A DNA stretch of 64,000 nucleotides, taken from assembly GCA_039096225.1 (NCBI GenBank), contig JBBPEB010000032.1, positions 186,001 to 250,000 on the forward strand, written 5' to 3'. This document shows positions 45,946 through 60,870 of the stretch, in pieces. The translations under genes were made by a program, and so were the position numbers. The number at the start of each line of letters is the position of its first letter. Position 1 is the first letter of the stretch. This DNA is from Blastocystis sp. Blastoise. Taxonomy: Eukaryota > Protista > Bigyra: Opalinata. A model generated the notes under the pieces. The model was not told where the DNA came from, ran no database searches, and worked only from the letters and a program-made list of their open reading frames with translations.

Positions 45946-47033
45946 TCGGGCAAGTTCTTTCTTACATATTTAGATACAATATCAATCCCAATAGTTTATA
46001 TATCAACAAAAATGTATCAAAATGGTATTTATAGAAAAGTTTGTTTAGTTATCAAAAATATGAAAATTTTATTGGATAAATTTTGTTAAATTTCAATATG
46101 AGTTCTTAACTACTTAAAATAAGGAACAATTTACAAAACAAAACAAATAAGAAAAAGGTAAATAATACAATCAAAGAACAACAGTAAAACGATATAAATT
46201 AACTACCTGTTAAAGTAAGAGTAAAAGACTAATATAATATAACTTTTAGAATAAGGATAAGAAAACAAAAGCCAAATTTGGTTAGACAATAGGCAAATAA
46301 AAAGAGTACCCCTTGAGTACAGTAAAGACAATATATACATATACATAAATATATACATATTAATTGAATTTGATCTTGTTTTTCGAATTAGTAATGAATA
46401 AATCAGATATATAGGAAAACAAGAAAAGTACACAGATATTAATATATATAGAGTTATATCTGTGTTCGAATAATGCCGAAATAATTAATAACAAAAAAAA
46501 ATAGTAATGAAATGTAAAAAAAAAAAAAAAAAACTCTTTTAGAAATGATATTCCATATATTAAATTAAAAAGAAAATTAATAGAAACAAAAAAATTTGTA
46601 AAATGAAAAATAGAAAAATGAAAATGAAAATGAAATATTAAAGCAGAATTTAAAAAAAAACATAAAGATAAAAATAAAAAAAGTATATAAACAATTAAAT
46701 TGAAGAATAAAAAAATATATATATAATTTCTAAAAACTACGAAATACAAATAAAAAGATATGTAGATAAAATATTATATATATGAATAAAAATAAATTCT
46801 TTATGTATAGTAAAATTTATAGAAAAGAAGAAGAATATTATATATCTTAAGGAGAATGATTTAATTTCTAGATATATTAGTACAAAGTAACACAGAAATA
46901 TAGAAATATTATATATATGTATATATATATTGAAGATACTACATATATAAAATACTAATAAATGTTGTATAATAGTATATATATTTCTTATTGTTTGTAT
47001 GTATTATCATTGTATTAATAACGAAAGTATACT

Positions 47034-50000
47034 TTAAGAGGAAATAGAAGGATGTTGAGAAGCTGAAGAATTGGTGTCTGATGTTGGAGAAAGAGAAGAA
47101 TACTGAGAATTCATAGGAGACTGATAGAAAGTTGTCATAGGAACAAAACGAGGAATATCTTTAGGAATATCATTAGGAATACCTTTAGAAATATCATTAG
47201 GAATATCTTTAGAATTCTTCTCCTTATTATTTCTTAATATAGATATTTGTTTAGTTGTTGTATCCTTAAGTTGAGATATTTGAGTAGATCGTTGTGAATT
47301 AATAGAATGAGTTGAAACAGGTGTTGAAGGACTAGCTGACACAGTAGAGGAGGTTCTATTTGATATAGATCCAGGATTTAAGAAAGGATGAGAAGGAGAA
47401 AAAGGTGTATTCCACATATGTGAATGATATGAAGAAGGTTTACTCGGTTCAGAAATAAGAGGAGAACTGGCTGTAGATGTATTCTTTATAGTTTGATTAA
47501 TAGAAGTTGAACGTATATGAGAAGGAGAAGTAATATTAATATTTGCCTTTTGATAAATAGTTTGAGGAGAGGTAAATGAAATATCTGATTTTTGTGATGA
47601 TGGAATAGAAGTGAGTGAAACTCTTGAAGAGAATAAGGGTAGAGATGTAGTAGAAGGTGAAGTATTCACACATACAATGGGTATATCTGTTGTTGTAGGA
47701 GGAGTAGTTGGAACTGAAGAGAAAGGAGGTATTTGAGGAATTGAAGTTACTTTAGGTGTAGAAAGAGAAACTTTAGTTGTAGCTACTGAGGATTCTGTTG
47801 GTGTAGGAATAGAATGATTTCTTGTATAATCAAGAGAAAGAGAAGGAGATTGAATAGAATTGGAGAGTACAGGAGATGATAAAGGATTTGAAAGAGAAGG
47901 TGATCGAATAGAATTTGAAAGAGAAGGAGATTTTATTGAAGTTCTATGAGAATCATTAGTTTCTATATATGAAGATTGAAGGTGAGATATAGGTTCTTTA
48001 TATGTAGTTTGAATAGTTGAATCTTCTTCTTGATCTTCAGGAATTGATTTATGAGTATATAAAGCTTTCTGAGTAGAATGAAAGATCTTGGGTGTATGTT
48101 TAGATATATTATTTAAATCTTTCAATTGTGTCGTTGTATGATCACGATATTCATTGATATATCGATGATATGTCATCAATGGGTTCGATACTGGCTTTAT
48201 ATCATTAGTAATCGAAGTATTACTATTCTGTTGATAAACAGGAGTAGAAGAAGATAAAAGGTCTTGATCTGAAGAAGGAGTTGATTGTATATGAGATAAG
48301 AAGTTTTGAGCATATTTAGGTGGAGTAGTAACATAGACACTAGAACATGTAGACTCTGTCATCTCTGACTGAGATGCATCATAGGCTTCGTCATCATCAG
48401 AAAGATTCAATGGATGATGACGATGATCTTGAGATATATGTTTAGATATTTGTTGTTTATTAGAAATGATTAAAGAAGAATCATTATGCATACTTTTAGA
48501 AGGAATATTATTCTTTGAATCTTTTAATTTCGATTTACCATTACTAGTAAATGTACTTGTTGAAGGAGGAGGAGCAAGAGAAGAAGTAGGTGTAGAAGAA
48601 GAAATAACAGAAGATAAATTAGTATCTCTTAAGGGATTTCCAAAGGGATCTTTTCGAATCTCACGATATACATTATTAAATATACTTTGATAATCATAAA
48701 TTTCTGAATCATGCATTTTCTTATATTTATTCTTATTACTAGTAGATGCATTCATAGAATCTTTTGTCGAAGCTATTTGTGTTTTCATTTCAATTTCCAT
48801 CACTTTATTTTCACTTGAAGATGATCTAGACTTAAGGCCTAATAAAGCATATATCTTCTGTTTATATAAGAAGAAACATCCAATAAGAATAATAAGAATC
48901 AATAAACTACTTATAATGATATATAATATATAATTTGAAGGAATAATAACAGCTTTTTCAAATATAATTGTTGTATTTGCACTGCCTGAGGGATTCGTAC
49001 ACATAACTATATGTACAAAAGTATCTTCTATATTTTCTACATATCCTTCAATAACTGCGGATGTTGTATCAAAAATAAGTCCATTAGTCAGAGGTGGTTC
49101 AATAGTACATGTATAGGAGGCCGCTGGAATAGTAGGAATAAATACATAACTTTGATTATAAGTTACATAGAATATAGGTTGTGAATAACTAACTGATGTC
49201 AAAGGTAATGCTGTACATTGATTCTTGATATTCTGCCAACTATTATTAGAACACGATGCTGTTATATTCCCTATATAATAAAGAGGACAACTAACAGAAA
49301 TAGTAGCAGGACCCTCAGTAAGAGGGAAATTATCTTTTGGCAGACAAATATTATTCATAGCACGTGATGTAAGCCTGAATTCTTGTAACTGAAATCCATA
49401 ATCAGTTAACGATCCTTCAAAATAGCAATCTTCTTTATCTGTTTCTACTAATGCTTTATTCTTACATTCTGTAATATATAACTTATAATATACATAACTA
49501 TTCAAATTTAAGATTGTATACACTTTAGATTGATAGGATGCAGTAAAGATCTGATTTGTACGTTCATCCAATAAGATCCATTCCTTTTCATCATTACTTC
49601 CAAAGAACTTCCATCCACTAGGATGACGCATATTACATGATTTCCCTACCATCACTATATATCCACCCACTGACATTGATATATATTCATCATATTTCCA
49701 TGTTAAAGTTGTACCTGTACATTTTGGACCTGATAAATAGCCTGTCTCTTGACGATAATCTACTAAATTCTTCATATTATATTTCCCTTCATTATTTTGG
49801 AAAGCTCCATATTTATTGATATCAACGCCACTGCCAATTACATGTATATAGCATTCAAATGCTGAAGTATCAGGAATATTATTAGCTTGATGTGCTTCAA
49901 TAGCTACTGTCTGAGGGGTACGACGAACTAAATATGCATATAAACTGGGTATAGAACGAACACATAATCGTGGAGAAGATAAAATAGATTCAGCATATGT

Positions 50001-53000
50001 ATTTCTATTAATATTTCCCTGTTGAAGATTACATCGAATAACTTCATAGCCATTTAAATAGACAATAATACCTAGAGTTGATGAGATTTCTGTTAAATAT
50101 AGCCAATCTGTAGAGACAGCTTGAGGATTATAAGAGAATCGATAATATTGTGTAACTCCTATAGGTAACGGTAATTGTTCAAGATAAGCAGTAGGCCATG
50201 AAGTGACAGAATAATCTCCTGTATTCCATTGTTCCGGAGGATCTCGAGTAGAATAATAATAAGACCAAGAGAAAACAGAAGGAATTAAGAAGTATTTAAT
50301 AGTAAACGGAATATTAATACCTGAGCTATCTCCTATAATTTCTCCATTAAGAATAGATGTACCATCAAGAAGTCCAACATGATATTCTATATTCATAGCA
50401 GCAGTTGATTTCTTTGAATTTATATCAAATATATAAGTACCAGTTTGAAGGCAAAAGTATATATTTGTCCATTCATTTAATAAGAAGTAACTTTGTGAAT
50501 ATATAGAAAGAAAAGTACCATCTTTGACTGAAATTGACGTATGTGTATCATTAAGTCCCATTTTAACAGCAAGTACAATAGGTGATTTCGAAATAAGACA
50601 ACTAGTCGAATATATAGTAATAGTAGTACGTGCAGCCATTTGAAATCCATTAAAAGCAGTGATTGTATATACAGTTTCATTAAGAAAACTAATTAATTGA
50701 CCTGTGATTTCACCTGTATATGCAGATAAAGATAGAGATGCAGGAAGAGGAGGAGATATAGAAAATGAGTTAAAATCTGAAGGAGGAGTAGGAGATCGAA
50801 GGAATGTATAGAGTTCTGCTTCTATAATAGAACGTGAATAGATAAAAGCAGGGATTTCTACTGATTCTAAGTTTTCTTGACTTAGATATAAATAATAGAG
50901 AATACTACGAGGATTAGAGAATAAAGAAGTCTCATAAGAATTAAAAGTAATCTTATAATAATGATAAGGTGAATTGTTTGATGTATAGAAACAACGAGTT
51001 GATGCTGAAGATGAAAAGGTCATTTTATTAAGTGTAACAAGTGCTGTGAATGTTTGATTATTAGTAGATCCATAGATAGTAATACTATTGGGAGCAACAT
51101 AAAGTATGTCTTTATCATATTGCTGAGAGAGTGTCAGTGCCTTATCGGAAAGAGTGTTGAAACAGAAAGTATTCAGGGCCATTGCTTGAGGAGCTACAAA
51201 GGAAATATAGAGAGAAAGAGGAGTACTACCTTCTATAGGGAGATTAATAATAGTAGTACGTGTGTTATTAAGCATAGTAGAGAAAGCATTTTGAAGCGTA
51301 CTTATTGAACTGAGAATCTTAATATTATATTCATATCCCTGATTCCCGCGGTTATGCATCAGGAGTATTGTAGCATCGAATTCAATAGGCATGTGTCGAA
51401 TAGCAGGAGTATTATAAACGGCAATAGAGATGACATTATGTCCTTGTCGAAGACTAGTAATAGCTCCAAGGAAAGAGAAGAAGCGATAACGATCGTGCTC
51501 TACAATAGGAACTATAGTCATATCCACTGTTAAAGGACCTGAAATGATATTGTCTCGAAAGATCTCTATATCATTAATATAAACAACATATCCTCCCTTT
51601 GTATAAAGACGAAAGAGAAAGCCAGTATAATCTTCTGTTGAGATTATTTCTATTTCTTTCTTAAAATACCATGTGGATTGACTAGCGAGAAGAGAAGAAG
51701 ACATTTCAAATAATGAAAAGTTTTCACTAGTTATTTGGTTCATCCAATCATTTCTGGAGACAGATTGAGAGTAATTCCAAGGAGCCTGAGGATATATAGA
51801 GAAATCAAGATTGACTGCAAACTCTTTCTGGCCCTTTAAATAATAGAAATATTCTCCTATAATATAACTACTATAATCAGAATTATAAAGAGAAATAGTA
51901 ACACGGTTTCCTGGAGTCCATTCAAGGTTCTGTGCGGAGTCTATAATAATATACATATCTCCCGCGGGAATACAGAGATCAAAGGTAATATCTTTATTAC
52001 TGGTATACCCTGATTTTTCATATAAAAGTGTACGGTCCTTATCATATAGAGACAATTTATCTGCATAGCTACGAACAGTATTATGCTTACATACATTAAT
52101 CTTTGTAAAATAAGGATAACTACAGTCTATAGAGGGAAAACGAAAATAAATATATAGAATAGTCATAAAATAGTTATAAAATATATATAGAATAGTTATA
52201 AAATATATATAGAATATTTATAGAATATTTATAGAATATTTATAGAATATTTATAAAATATATATATTTAAAAATGTTAAAAATAATATATATTAAAATA
52301 TGTTATATTAAAAAAAGTTAAAAAAAAAAAAATTAATAAATAAAAACAATTCATATATAATATAAATTAAAAACATACTAGTAACAATAAAATCAATTTT
52401 AGTTTGTGTTTCTAAGTGTGTAATATTATGTATAGCTACAATACTAGATTGATAGCTACGAACTTCTTGAAAAGTGCCTTTCAATTCTCCAGTTTCATAA
52501 GAGATCGAGATTCCCGCGGGGAGTGATGTAGCTGTATAGTGTTCAAAGTTGGTACTCGTTGGTTTCATGGAGAATGTCGCTCCCAGGTAGGTGACAACAG
52601 AATCCTTGGTATACGTGAGCTTATCAGCCTCGGAAGGGTAGGCACAATAATATACTTGAAACGTTGATAAACCAAAAGAGGAAGAAATTGAAGTATCTTC
52701 TATATATATATATAGAATAATAAGAATAATAAGAATATTTATCCTATTATATATATATATATATATGATTCCATACCAATAGTAAGTTTAATTTTCTGTA
52801 AATTAATTGTTGTGTTTGAGAAATGACGATAAAGAGAGGGTTCGCGGGAAAATATATCGGTTTTCACTTCTTTATCTAGAAGTAGCCAGTTCTCAGAGTC
52901 ATCAGCACCATAAATACTCCAAGAAACAGGATAACCGCGGGACTGATCGCTCGAAATAGTCATTTTATATGAGTTCACAAATGCCGTACTAGAGATAATA

Positions 53001-53343
53001 GTAAATATTATAAACATAATAAAAATAGTATTTATTCTGAACTGTTATAAAAAACTAAAAATAAAAAATAAATAAAATAAAAAATAATAAAATAAAAAAT
53101 AAAATAAAAATAAAACAAAAAATAAAATAAAAATAAAATAAAAATAAAATAAATAATAATAATAATAATATTATACTTATTATCGGGAAGAGTGAAGAGA
53201 AAGTCAGTCGGATAGTGGAAGTCTGCGTCATAATACTCGTATGTGTGATAAGGATCCGTAAGATACGAGGGTTGGCACGTGGTACACATGTGCATGGGAG
53301 ACATCGTGATAGCAGCATCCAAAAGAAGAGATGAAGTACATTC

Positions 53344-53375
<32 letters not shown>

Positions 53376-54807
53376 TGAATATACCGTAAGGACTTTTAAA
53401 TGAAGAAATAGCCATAAAATCAAATGTATCATATTCTTCTGATTCCCGTGGGAATTCATGAACTTCAATAGATATATACCCATAAGGAGTATCATTAAAA
53501 ACAAGATCATTTAGAGAAATACTATATATATATATAATAAGGATACAGAAGTAAATGACTGATATATGTATATATATGTATATATACATTAAATAGGGAG
53601 ATGCAGTTTCTGTAGAATAATTAGGAACAGTTAGTGGATTCAGATCTGTTCTATATATATATAAATATTAAATAAATATATTAATTATATAAATAAATAT
53701 TAAATAAATATATTAATTATATAAATAATAAATAAATATATATATATAAACATACGTATTGAGATTATTGGAAAAAATAAGTTTTCCTGCCCAATATATA
53801 GCTGTTGAGCTAGCTTTTCTCACTACGAGAATGACGCTTAATAGATCCCCCAGTGTTTGTACGACAAGACGACGACGATAGTAACGCGTAATAGCGGTTC
53901 TGGCGGGGAATTCCCCTCCTGTGGCGGTAGCCCATAAGGAGTCATCATAAGCATCCAGTTGCCATGAAGAATCTAGATGAGCAATATCCGTATATTTCCA
54001 TGAGGCACCGAAGGAGACAAAGGTTGTTACTATAATAATAATATTAATAGAATAATAATACTAATAAATACAATAATAATACTAATAAATATAAACATAA
54101 TATAATCAAAAAAAACATTGTATAAATACGATAAAATATTTTTTCATAAGATTTTCCATTTGATTGAGAAAGTGTTAGAAGCAATACTTCATAGGAACCA
54201 TATCGAATTTGGACAAATGAACCAGAACTCCAACCATATTCAGAACTATATTTTAAATAATAATTATATAAATATTCTAATAATTTCAGTCATATGAATT
54301 AATGAAAAATTAGAAAAAAATAAAGAAAAACTAGAAAAAAATAATAATTTGTTACATACTTTGATGTTAATGATATTGTATATTTTCCAGGAGATATACA
54401 AAACTTGTAGGTAGAGTAGGAATTCTTATCAACGTCATCTCCTTTAACATAAAGGATGACAGCACCAGTAGTAGGTTCACCTTGCCAAATAGCGAATGCT
54501 TCCATGGATGCTTGAGTTGTGTAATGCCGTAATACAGTTGCTTCAAAAGCATTACTAGCACAACTTGACCCTACACAAATGAATGAATTACTTTTTATCA
54601 AATTAACATACCTAACACTTGATATAGTAATAAAAGAATACAAAATGCAATGAAATGCATTAATAATTCTTAAGTCTTTAAATTGAAAGGTATCTGTCAA
54701 ATACTAGTGTTTTTCCTAAACTAGAGAACGTTTTCTTTTGTTTCTACTAACCTTAAAATAAACATAAAAAAAAGAACAAAATAAAGGCCAAAATCTATAA
54801 TTTTCAT
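47034..54807 (-). CDS. Large type-I surface protein (about 2200 aa): galactose-binding/F5-8-like and putative Ig (He_PIG-like) modules, one TM, long Ser/Thr/Pro-rich cytoplasmic tail. 5' exons uncertain.
   Basis: Three Ig-like LP.GLS....TGE(I/L).G motifs; P..W...GS.D...W.LLD motifs; repeated W.Y modules; TM YILYIIISSLLILIILIGCFFLY; 5.1-kb last exon. Confidence 0.8.
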
Positions 54808-55782
54808 GTTTTTTTCTATTGTTCCTCATCAACCATACTCAGCATGAGGCTTTTGAAACATGGAAAACGAATAATCATTAGCCAAGTTGAGTTTATAGAT
54901 TCATTTTGTTATTTAAGTTTTTTTTGTTTCTTCGTTTTTATTCTTTGATCAGTCTCACATATTTGACTCATTTAATACAGCATATCTTAATAAAATTACT
55001 ATGAATTGATTATGGTCATTGCTAACAGTCTTTTCAAATTCATTGTGAATTATGCCATTAATATCATCAAAGCATGCTATTGCATTTTAGACAATCTATT
55101 CAAAATAAAATTCTCTAATCTATAACTTATTAAAGAGTGTAGTAATCTATAGATATACATATCAAAGAATTTATGTATGTGATCATTTGGGAATTATGAA
55201 AATGTTATTTGGATATTATAGACATAAAAATACCAATTTCATGTTCATGGGAGTGAATAATATTTTATTATCCTTCACTGTCTGTTATAACCATTTCTCA
55301 ATGTACTGCTCATGCAGTCTTACGTAATCAAAGAAGCTAAACCATAAATAATAGAGGAATATAACAACAAAAACACAAATACTAAAAGTATTTCTCATTG
55401 CTAGTGAAAAACATCAATAAATTACTATATTCATAATAGTCTATATCATGTTCAATATAAAGAAAAATAGACCTTGTTAAATAGAAAATACTAAAAGAAT
55501 TCAAGATCCAATCAATCCCTTTTATTATTTTAGTAAATATCGAATAAATTTGAGATTCTTATTAAAGGTATTTCCTTTCAATTAAAAATAAAACTTGATA
55601 TCTTTACTAATCCTGTCATTTTGGAAAAGAAAAGAAAATCACTATGAAATCTTATTTTCCCACGGGAACATGATTCTATACAGTATTTTTAATCGAGATG
55701 AGACATTTCTTTTAGTAGAGATATTAAAACTTTACTTCTGTTATTATTATATTTAATCCTTGTTTTATAAACAAAAAGGAAA

Positions 55783-56449
55783 ATGGCTGATTATTCTGGT
55801 TACCTAGAAGCTTTGAAACTTGTCCGTGAGTTACATTTCGATCCTAATCGACATGTATCAACAGAATTGTACCAAATGGAGTCTGACAAACTTGCTCATA
55901 TCAATACTTGTTTTATAAGTATTTTTTCAGTTATTTTTTGTTTTCGTTATTTTATGACTTGTTTGAAATAATTCATTATTAATTTAATATTAAATAATTA
56001 TATCTACTTTTTATAAGTACCAATACTCACAAAGAAAGATTTCTTGTATTAAAATCTGACTTTTATGTTGATAACAAAGGTGTTCAATATATTGTCAAAC
56101 TTATTCTTATGTTAAAAGAAGATTATCCTAAATCTTATCCTTACATTCAACTTGATACTTTTCAAGATTGTTTAATAGTTAATCCTGCTGCTTCTTATAT
56201 ATTACCGAACAAGTGTATTTTCAATAATCTCTTGAAAAACTGGACTACTGTATACTTTTTTATTATATATTTTTTATTATATATATATATATATATTTTT
56301 ATTTATATTTTATCATATTTTTATTTATTATAATATTTATTATATATATATATATATATTAATATTTATTATTATACAGAGTATCTCTCTTTGTGAGGCA
56401 CTTGCTTCTGTTCGCGACAATTTCTTAGCTGCTTATCCTCTTGTGTATA

Positions 56450-56487
<38 letters not shown>

Positions 56488-57187
56488 GTAATATAATTCA
56501 TACTATATATATATATAGTACATCTCCTTATAGTTCATCCAATACATCTCCTTCTCAACCTACCCCTGTAGTCCCAACACCACAACCCGTACAACCCGTA
56601 CAACCCGTACAACCCGTACAACCTGCGGGTAACTACTACAAGACCGTCAGTCCTCCCTCCATGCAATACCCGCCAACCAGCTCCATGCGTCAGAATGAAG
56701 ATCCCTCACTGATTCAACTTATTAACAAGGAGTGTGAACTCGATGAATCCAATGGTATTTATTATTATGTTTATTATTATGTTTATTATGTTTATTATGC
56801 TTATTATTATTATTATGTTTATTATGTTTATTATGCTTCTTATTATTTCATTTCTATAGCTATTCCCTACATTCCTATTCAAGATCTTCAATTCGGTAAT
56901 ATGATTGGACAAGGAAGTTACGCTACTGTTTATGATGGTAAGTATCAGATATATCGTGTTGCCTTAAAAGAAATTCGTGGTAGTAGTAGCAGTAAACAGA
57001 AGCAATCTCTTCTTCGAGAAATTACTATTATGTACAAATGTGCACACCCCTACGTCATCAAGTTATTTGGTATTAGTGAACGTAGGAAAAACACTATTAT
57101 TGTCCTTGAAAAAGCAGAGTATTGTTTAACTGACCTTCTTCAAGCTAAGAGAGAAACGTATAATTCTATTTATTATATTATTTATTA

Positions 57188-57218
<31 letters not shown>

Positions 57219-57370
57219 GCATATGTTCTATATCTATATATATATAGCCTTCCTATGAATTACCGTCTTGGCTGGTCACTTCAAATCGCTATCGCTATCG
57301 CTTCTCTTCATAACTTCGGATTTATTCATAGAGATATCAAAGTATATATATATATCATTTATTATTATTA

Positions 57371-57426
<56 letters not shown>

Positions 57427-57599
57427 TTATTATTATTATTATTATTTTATTATTATTATTATTATATAGACTGAAAATATTCTGTTAGTGAAAGGTACAT
57501 GTAAATTGGCCGATTTCGGTTTAGCACGTCAAGAAGATAGCGATATTCGAATGACTTATTGCGGTACTCCTGCTGGGTATATATATATATATATATATA

Positions 57600-57691
<92 letters not shown>

Positions 57692-58110
57692 TTAGTATGC
57701 CTCCGGAACTTATTTTAAACCAAAAATATGATAATAAAGTTGATGTCTACAGTTATGCTATGGTTCTCTATGAAATCTTTACTCGTCAATTACCTTATGA
57801 TGATATTGTAGGTGATGAACCTTGGGACAGAGTATATATATATATATACATATATTATACATATATTATACATATATTATACATATATTATACATATATA
57901 TACTATTTCTTACCTATTATATAGTTTAAGATCCGTATTAGTCGAGAGAATCTTCGTCCTACTATTACCGATGCTATTCCTGCAGAAATTAAGACTCTTA
58001 TGATTGAATGCTGGGATACAAATCCCGCCAAACGTCCCTCTATGAATGAAATCGTTACTCGTCTTCAAGGAATGACGAACGTCGTTAATTCATGGAAACT
58101 CAAAAATTAA
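55783..58110 (+). CDS. UEV-like domain + Pro/Gln linker + tyrosine-kinase-like (TKL) kinase
   Basis: Kinase motifs IGQGSYATVY, VALK, FIHRDIKTENIL, ADFG, YDNKVDVYSY, LRPTI, CWDTNPAKRPSM. N-terminus FLVLKSDF...QYIVKLILMLKEDYPKSYP...LLKNW...F..AYPL resembles the TSG101/Vps23 UEV domain. Confidence 0.85.
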
Positions 58111-58577
58111 AAGAAATTATTTATATATGTAATGAATTATTCTTCTATTTTTTCAATAATTCTATTTTTTATTTTTTTTTTTGCATTAAAAAAAAATAAT
58201 ATAAATATTTTTGCTTATGGTTTTCTTTCAACATATTTATATAGCCTTATTATATACATATATGTATCTATATTTCTCTTTTTATGTACCCTTTGTTATT
58301 GTTTTTGTATTGTATAGAATTATACAATTTCAATTTTTATTATTTCATTATTGTTTCTTTTGTATCTTCTAAGGTTGGTTTTGTAATTCTTATTTTTCAA
58401 TTTATATATGTTATTTTCATATATATATTTCTTAATTTCTTTAATAATACAATTTCTATGTTTCTTTCAATATACTTGATCATCAGTTGTTTATTCTGAA
58501 CGAATAATTTTTATTACACTCTCTTTATAAATTAATTCAAAAATTTATTTAATTTTTAAAAAAATTATGAAAAAATG

Positions 58578-58649
58578 AGGCTCTACCGAGATTTGAACTC
58601 GGATCGCTGGATTCAAAGTCCAACGTGCTAACCATTACACCATAGTGCC
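58578..58649 (-). tRNA. tRNA-Gln(TTG)
   Basis: GGCACTATGGTGTAATGGTTAGCACGTTGGACT-TTG-AATCCAGCGATCCGAGTTCAAATCTCGGTAGAGCCT. Confidence 0.95.
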
Positions 58650-59422
58650 AATTGAAATATTTTTTCTTATTTTATTATTATAACAGTTTTGTATCTAGAC
58701 TAACAGAAAAAAAAGAATTTGAGATATTTAAAAATACATTATAGTTAATGTAGTTTGATTGATTAATTTCATACCAATCGTAAATAGTAAAGAAATTACA
58801 TAAGATTTACCCAAAGAATATATTAATCATTCTTACAATCCTTTTTCAATTCATTATACATTACACATATTCTCTTTAATTAAATTCACAGGTTCAAAAT
58901 ATTCAGTTCCCAACAAAAAGAGAATAATTTACTCTCATTTTTTCATCAATTTGTAAGTAATTATATCCTATTTATGAAGTATGTACATGCTTAGTATATA
59001 TATTTATTGTAGTATAGTTAATACTCTATTGCATTTTGCAATGATATATATATATTATATGAAATGAATGATTTTTAGTTATTTCAACTAAGGAGTAACT
59101 AATCAATATAACTTTCAACAAATAGATATACAATAACAATAGACTAATAACTTTATAATTCTCATGGCTAAACATTTATAATATCTACTATGCCATTAAA
59201 GTAAAAATTGAAACATCAAACAAAACAATTCCTTTTTAAAGTATAGATATAATAGCATATATTAGTACACAACTATGAAACAAATACTAAATAAAAATAG
59301 TAAATGATATAATAATATCAAAAGAGAAAATGATAAATAATGTGAGAATATTCAAGAGAGAGATTGAGAATCAATTATAATATATATATGAAGAATAAAA
59401 TTCTTATATTTATATATTATAT

Positions 59423-60870
59423 TTATTCAGAATCTTTAGTAACTTCATGGAAAGCCATAGCAATGTATTCAACATTATGAGTATTGACACCAGCCATAGA
59501 AATACGACCATTATCAGTTAAATAAATATGATATTCACTTCTGACTTTAAGAACTTGTTCCTTAGTAAGACCAGTGAAAGCAAACATACCAATTTGAGAA
59601 GTAATATGAGACCAATCTTTCTTAGAACCATTCTTCTTTAAGTTTTCAACAAGAAGAGTTCTCATAGAAATAATACGAGAAGCCATTTCACCACATTCTT
59701 TATACCATTGAGCTTTAAGTTCAGGATCACCTAAAACAGTTTGGACAATACGAGCACCATAAAGTGGAGGATTAGACCATAAAGTACGAGCAACAATCTT
59801 CATTTGAGAAGTAACCTTCTTCTTTTCTTCAGCAGAAGCACATACAATAGAAGCAGCACCACATCTTTCTCCATATAAACCGAAGTTCTTAGCAAAAGAT
59901 TGAGCAAGGCAAATATGATGACCTTGAGAAACAAAATAACGAATAGCCCAAGCATCACCTTCCATATTACCAGAAGCAAATCCTTGATAAGCACAATCAA
60001 AAACAATATAATGTTTTCTAGCTTTAATAGCATCAGATATCTTTATCCAATCTTCATGGCTAGGATCAACACCTATAAAAAAATATTATATATTATTATT
60101 TTTTATATATTAATAAAAATAATATATATATAAAATTTTAAAAAAATAATAATAAAATAATAAAATAAAAATAAATAAAAATAAATAATAATAATATCAT
60201 ACCAGTAGGATTATGAGCACAAGCATGGAATAAGAAAGCAGAATTATCAGGAGCTTCAGCAATACTCTTTAAAATAGAATCAAGATCTAATTTTTGAGTC
60301 TTAGGATCAAGATATTGATAAGTAGGAGTTTCTAAACCGGCAGCCTTGAAAACACCAAAGTGATTAGGCCAAGTAGGAAGAGGAAGATAAATCTTATCAA
60401 AAATATGATTGTGATAGAAGAAATCACCAAGAAGACGGAGAGAACCAGTACCAGAAAGAGCTTGGCAAACAGCAATTCTACCTTCCTTAACAGCAGGAGA
60501 TTCTTCACCATAAGCAAAAGCTACAGCTAATCTATCGAAATCTGGAAGACCATCAATAGGAGGATATTCATGATCCATCTTACCAGCAATTCTCTTCTCA
60601 GCTTCTAATACACAAGGAAGAATAACAGGTTTACCATTATCATCTCTGTAAGCACCAACACCAAGAGAAATCTTTCTAGGATCAGTATCAGCCTTATATT
60701 GTTCATTAAGACCAAGAATGGCATCCGGAGGAGCTTGAGTAATCTATTAAAAATTAATTAAAAACGAGATCACACTTTACATACCATAGACCATTCACCA
60801 GGATTTACAGTAGATTCAGTTGCAGACACTAAAATGATTAGTACATGATACTGATATACACATAAATACT
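59423..60870 (-). CDS. Aspartate aminotransferase (class I PLP enzyme)
   Basis: APPDAILG, SLGVGAYRD, QALSGTGSL, HACAHNPTG, FDCAYQGFASG, QSFAKNFGLYGER, QIGMF, GRIS. The start codon appears split by an intron. Confidence 0.95.
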
